From Amphiscolops sp. MND2022 (taxonomy: Eukaryota), in contig OZ076409.1 in assembly GCA_964187785.1 (NCBI GenBank), positions 91,328,001 through 91,392,000 of the forward strand: a stretch of 64,000 bases of DNA. Direction: 5' to 3'. How positions within the stretch are numbered: the first letter of the stretch is position 1; every line of letters starts with the position of its first letter. A program made the position numbers and the translations under genes. This document shows, piece after piece, positions 60,188 to 64,000 of the stretch. The notes under the pieces were generated by a model. The model was not told the DNA's origin, did not search any database, and worked only from the letters and a program-made list of their open reading frames with translations.

Positions 60188-63100
60188 ATGGATTCTCGTC
60201 CCACTGTTTCTTCAGTTGATCCCGGAGCCCAGAGTGGTCACGAGACTCAATACGTGTTCTCAGAGGGAGACATGCGTCAGAGTGACGCAGATGATATTCG
60301 ACCTCGGGCTGTTGGTGAGTATTTCATTCCCTGATCCATTAAGCTTTTGTGAATAATATTACTACCAGATAGGCCTTTTCCTGATTCATATTTTCACAGC
60401 TTAGATTTTCTTGACGCGTCGATGCTGGGAATGTACCTTTTCTTTTCTAGAGCCCAAGGTGATTGCTACTCCTCCTGCTAGTGCTGAAGTGAGCGTTCCT
60501 CCTGCGATCATTTCTCCTGTGACGCCTTCTGCTGAGCTCGAGAGTGTTCCTTGTGGGTCGTCTGCTACTGTCCCTGGTGATAGAGAAACCCCTGTCGCGT
60601 CAGGTTCGAGGCCTGACGTCAGTCTTACGGACTTGCTCTCTGGTTCTCCTTGCGGAGGCAAGGTAATAACCCCCACCGGAGAAAAAGATGACGTCTTCGG
60701 GGCGGAATCTTCAGGAGCTGGGATCCTTGGGCAGACCTCCAGCTCTCCTCAATTGACTCCTTTCCTGACTGGGTTCGGGCAAACGTTCAGTGGAGTGACG
60801 CCTTCCGAATCCAGGAAAAGAGGTAAGGTTGCTATATTTGGTTCGGTCTCGAGGTATTTGCCTGTTTGGTTGTTTTGTGATACATGTTGACGTTATAGTT
60901 GCGTCGACTGCTGCAGAAAGGGCCGGGACAGGCTCTTCTGGAAAAAGGAAGCGTCAGGTGCGCGTACAGACGGCAAATCTGCAACTCGCGCAACTTACTG
61001 TGAGCGGTAATAAAAGTTTTCCCTTCTTGTTTGTTGGTTAGGCTATTAGGTAGACTATTTGAATATGACTTTTGTTTGTTTCGTAGAGTCTGGAGATTGT
61101 GCCGCTCAAGGAATTTCTGGCGCTAGTGACTTGGACGTGGTCCATGCGGAGCCTTCTGGAGTTGGTCCTGTACTAGCAAGTGAGTATATCTTGTCATGAC
61201 TGTAGTCGTTTTCTGTATCACGTTGAAGTGGGTCCTGTAGTGTACATCTAGGCATTTGTTAGTTGTGCTAGTTCTGTAGGTATAGTCTGGTTAGTGCTAA
61301 TCCGTCGTTATGTCGTTTTGTAGGAATGCAAGATCTGGTGTCTCGGATGGAGAGCAGTTTGGAGGCGGTTGCTTTGCGTGAGACCCCCGTCAAGAAATAC
61401 AGCAGCCGTCACCATCTGCGAAAGGATATGGTGGGTGACCATCCCATCTTCAGTCTGTTCGTCAGTGGGGCCAGCGACGGGTCGGCCACTCGTTTCCACT
61501 GCATGATTTGCAAGCGGGATGTCTCCATGCAGTCACGCGGGTCGAGAGAGTTCATCCGTCACTACTCCGGCGATCGCCACTGGATCCGAGATGTGGCCTA
61601 CCGGGTTCAGCAAGGTCTACCAGTGTTCGATCAGCTGATGAAGCCTCTCGAGTTGACGTCAGACGAGCGGGACGAGTACCTGGGTCGAGATGTGGTGGAA
61701 AAAGGCGAGGGGTTCAGTTTCCCTGAGGACTTGCTGCCGTCTTGCAATCGGGTTGACTCGACGATTCCTCTGCTGACGATGGTGAACTGTGTGGCAGAGC
61801 TGTGCAGATGGGGTGGGAGTTACGTTTTGCTCCGTAAGCTGTGGGGCAACTTCCGTGCCACTCTGGGGCCTGACAATCCCCTATACAATCTCCACTGGAA
61901 TCGTCCTGAGACACTGGTTAGTAATCCTCATAGAGATGGACTGTGTTGTTTTTCCTCATTATGTGTCTGTTGCTCTTGTGTGTGGACGTCTTGTGGTCGG
62001 CGTAGTCGGATTTGTGCATCTGTTGAGTGGGTTGGTGCTTTTGTGTTTTAGTCGTTGATTTGTCGTGCTCTCTTTCCCCGAGTCCTGCGCTCCATCATCT
62101 CTCGTGTGACGACCTTCAACTGCTACAGTGTGCGGTTTGAGGAGCATGCTGATGGCCAATACTGCTTTGTGTCGACTTGGGAGGGCAATACTTTGCTGGA
62201 CGTCTGCATCAATGTCGAGCCCTTGGGTCAGCGAGTGCCCCAGTCTGAACTGTCGTCATTGTCGCGCATTGTCACTAGTCTGTCCTCAGCTTCCCTCCCG
62301 ATCAGCATTCGTGGTGCCAGTCCATCCTTCCTGCGGGTAGTCAACGACGAACGCAGTGACGGGCATCGTTTGGTGTATGCGCGGGAATTCTCCTCTGATG
62401 TGTTCCTTCACTGCTATCGGATTGCCCATCAAGAGATCTTCGGGATGTTGGAAGTCACCACCATGGTCGACTTCTTGATGGTGCGTCTTCGTGGGGCTTT
62501 GCAGGAGCCCTGGATGGAGGATCTTCCCGAACTTCGCCGTTGTGTGGTCGTCGGACAGGTGACGTTCGCTGATCTGCGTGGTGTCGTGGCTGAGCTGGTC
62601 TCCATTTGGGACACTGTCCGGGAGTACGTTCGCTACACTGGTCCTCGACACATCAAGAGCGAGGTTGACAAGGTGGGTATAGTTTTGTTTCAGGGGGCTG
62701 TTTTGTATTTTTGCGGTGGGGTGTCGTCTCTCTGTGGGTTGGCGAAAAATAGTCATCTTGTTGTTGTTATTTAGATGCGAGGCACAGACACGCTCGTCTA
62801 CTCCGAGACGACAAACAAACTGCGACTGGGAATGCTACTGCACGTTCTGGATCTTTGTAAGTTGTACTTTCTTGTGACTTTCTTTCGTTATTTTTGGTTT
62901 TTTGGTTGGTTTTTTTTTGTAGCGTCTTGTTTGGTATGCTAGATGGCTGATCGTCGTCGTCATCGGGTTATCGTCTAGGTATCATAGTCTTGGTAATATG
63001 TGTACAGTCGTCTGTTATGTTTAGATCATTGCACTTTCGTCAAACAGAAGGCCGGACGTAGTGATTACGCCTTTCATGCCTACAGTGAAGTGTGTCAGTT

Positions 63101-64000
63101 CGTGTACTGCTTGCTCGTTCGCAGTCGCAAGGTGTCCAGTCTGCCTGCTCTCAATGATTGGGAGTCATATATGGATCCCAGCAAATTGCAAGCATTCGAG
63201 AAAATCAGCACTGACGATTTCTTTCATAACTACGAGTTTGGAGCTGAACTACATCGTTCGAACACTAGTGAGGCGCGTGAGTTCCGCAATCGTTGTCGGG
63301 AATTTGTGGACCGGCTGGTGGACGTCATCTTGGAACAGCAGGTTGTGTCCTCGGATTTCTTCCAGGGGTTGTATTGCTTTTGCCCTGAGTTGCTTCTTGA
63401 GGGCGACGACCAACAAATCTTTCGGCTGTTCTCTCGTCTTGTTCGCGTTCTTGAGCGATGTGGCTGTCTCTCCAGCAGTGATGCACAATCGAGTCGTGAG
63501 GAGTTCACCACATTCGTCGTCGATGCTAGGACGCGTCATCAGGAGTCAGAGCGAAGTGCGGAGCAGATCGAAGATGTCACTGAGTATCTGCTTTCGGACT
63601 ACAGTTTCATGTCACGGAGAAGCCTCGTCCGTGTATTGAAAGTGTGCTGTTTGGTAGTGGATCGCCCTCGCAGAAAGATGCCTAACATAGACATTGACCT
63701 GAAAGACTGTGCCGTTCCTGTTTCCGTCGTGACGTCGTCTCTGAGGGGTGTCCAAAGTCTTGTGTCTTCTCCCGGGTACAAGCAGGGTGCTTTCTTCACC
63801 CAGGGAACTATGGAGAGTGTCCGCGATGCTATAGCCAGCAGTCGGAGTTTCATGTCTTGTGCCAGTTTTGACCCTTGGGAGAGTGTGTCATGTGGCGATC
63901 GTTCGGCCTTTGTGCGTCAATACTCTGCAGCCTTTGATGCTTATCTGAGTCGTAAGAAAAGTGAGGCCACGAAGCAACTTCATAGTGCCAACCGTCAGCC
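60188..64000 (+). CDS. Spliced accessory gene antisense to its element, zinc finger plus hAT-transposase-like; join(60188..60314,60451..60822,60899..61006,61087..61179,61324..61916,62052..62672,62775..62856,63025..>64000)
   Basis: Seven GT-AG introns with consistent phases (1,1,1,1,0,0,1). Motifs FHCMICKRDVS..RHYSGDRH, LRKLWGNFRATL, ETL/SLICRALFPRVL, LPALNDWESY and FDPW align with the 45936-48352 protein. Confidence 0.82.

Larger units (their letters stand above)
56533..64000 (-). mobile_element. 3' portion of a second large LTR retrotransposon of the same architecture; continues beyond the window
   Basis: Mirror-image order of LTR, accessory ORF and antisense spliced gene relative to 36782-51967. 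Its gag-pol lies outside the window. Confidence 0.8.

Overview
This is AT-rich eukaryotic DNA with spliceosomal GT-AG introns; the gene and TE content suggests an invertebrate animal, but the species cannot be fixed from the sequence. The left third holds two convergent host genes: a 3-exon GAPR-1/GLIPR2-type CAP gene (+, about 1774-5026) and a 3-coding-exon, about 2972-aa sacsin-like gene (-, 5992-23399). The sacsin-like protein has two HSP90-like sacsin repeats, a J-like segment without HPD and a C-terminal HEPN domain. Their introns and flanks contain Helentron/DINE-1-like non-autonomous elements, MITEs, a solo LTR and ~180-bp arrays. The middle holds a ~2.05-kb tandem duplication and a decayed Ty3/Gypsy element (28808-34703, ACGT TSD) nested in a TIR element. 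The right half is the most unusual part: two related but diverged large LTR retrotransposons, one near-complete and very young (36782->51967) and one partial on the minus strand (56533->64000). They share three traits. (i) A long LTR (1.9-2.5 kb) encodes the first ~120-130 aa of Gag, with the ORF reading through the primer-binding site. (ii) An intron-containing antisense gene (~1100 aa in the complete copy) has a C2H2/BED-like finger and a body resembling a catalytically dead hAT transposase. (iii) A divergently oriented acidic ORF reads into U3 of the 3' LTR. A Tc1-family relic and a 200-N gap lie between the two elements.
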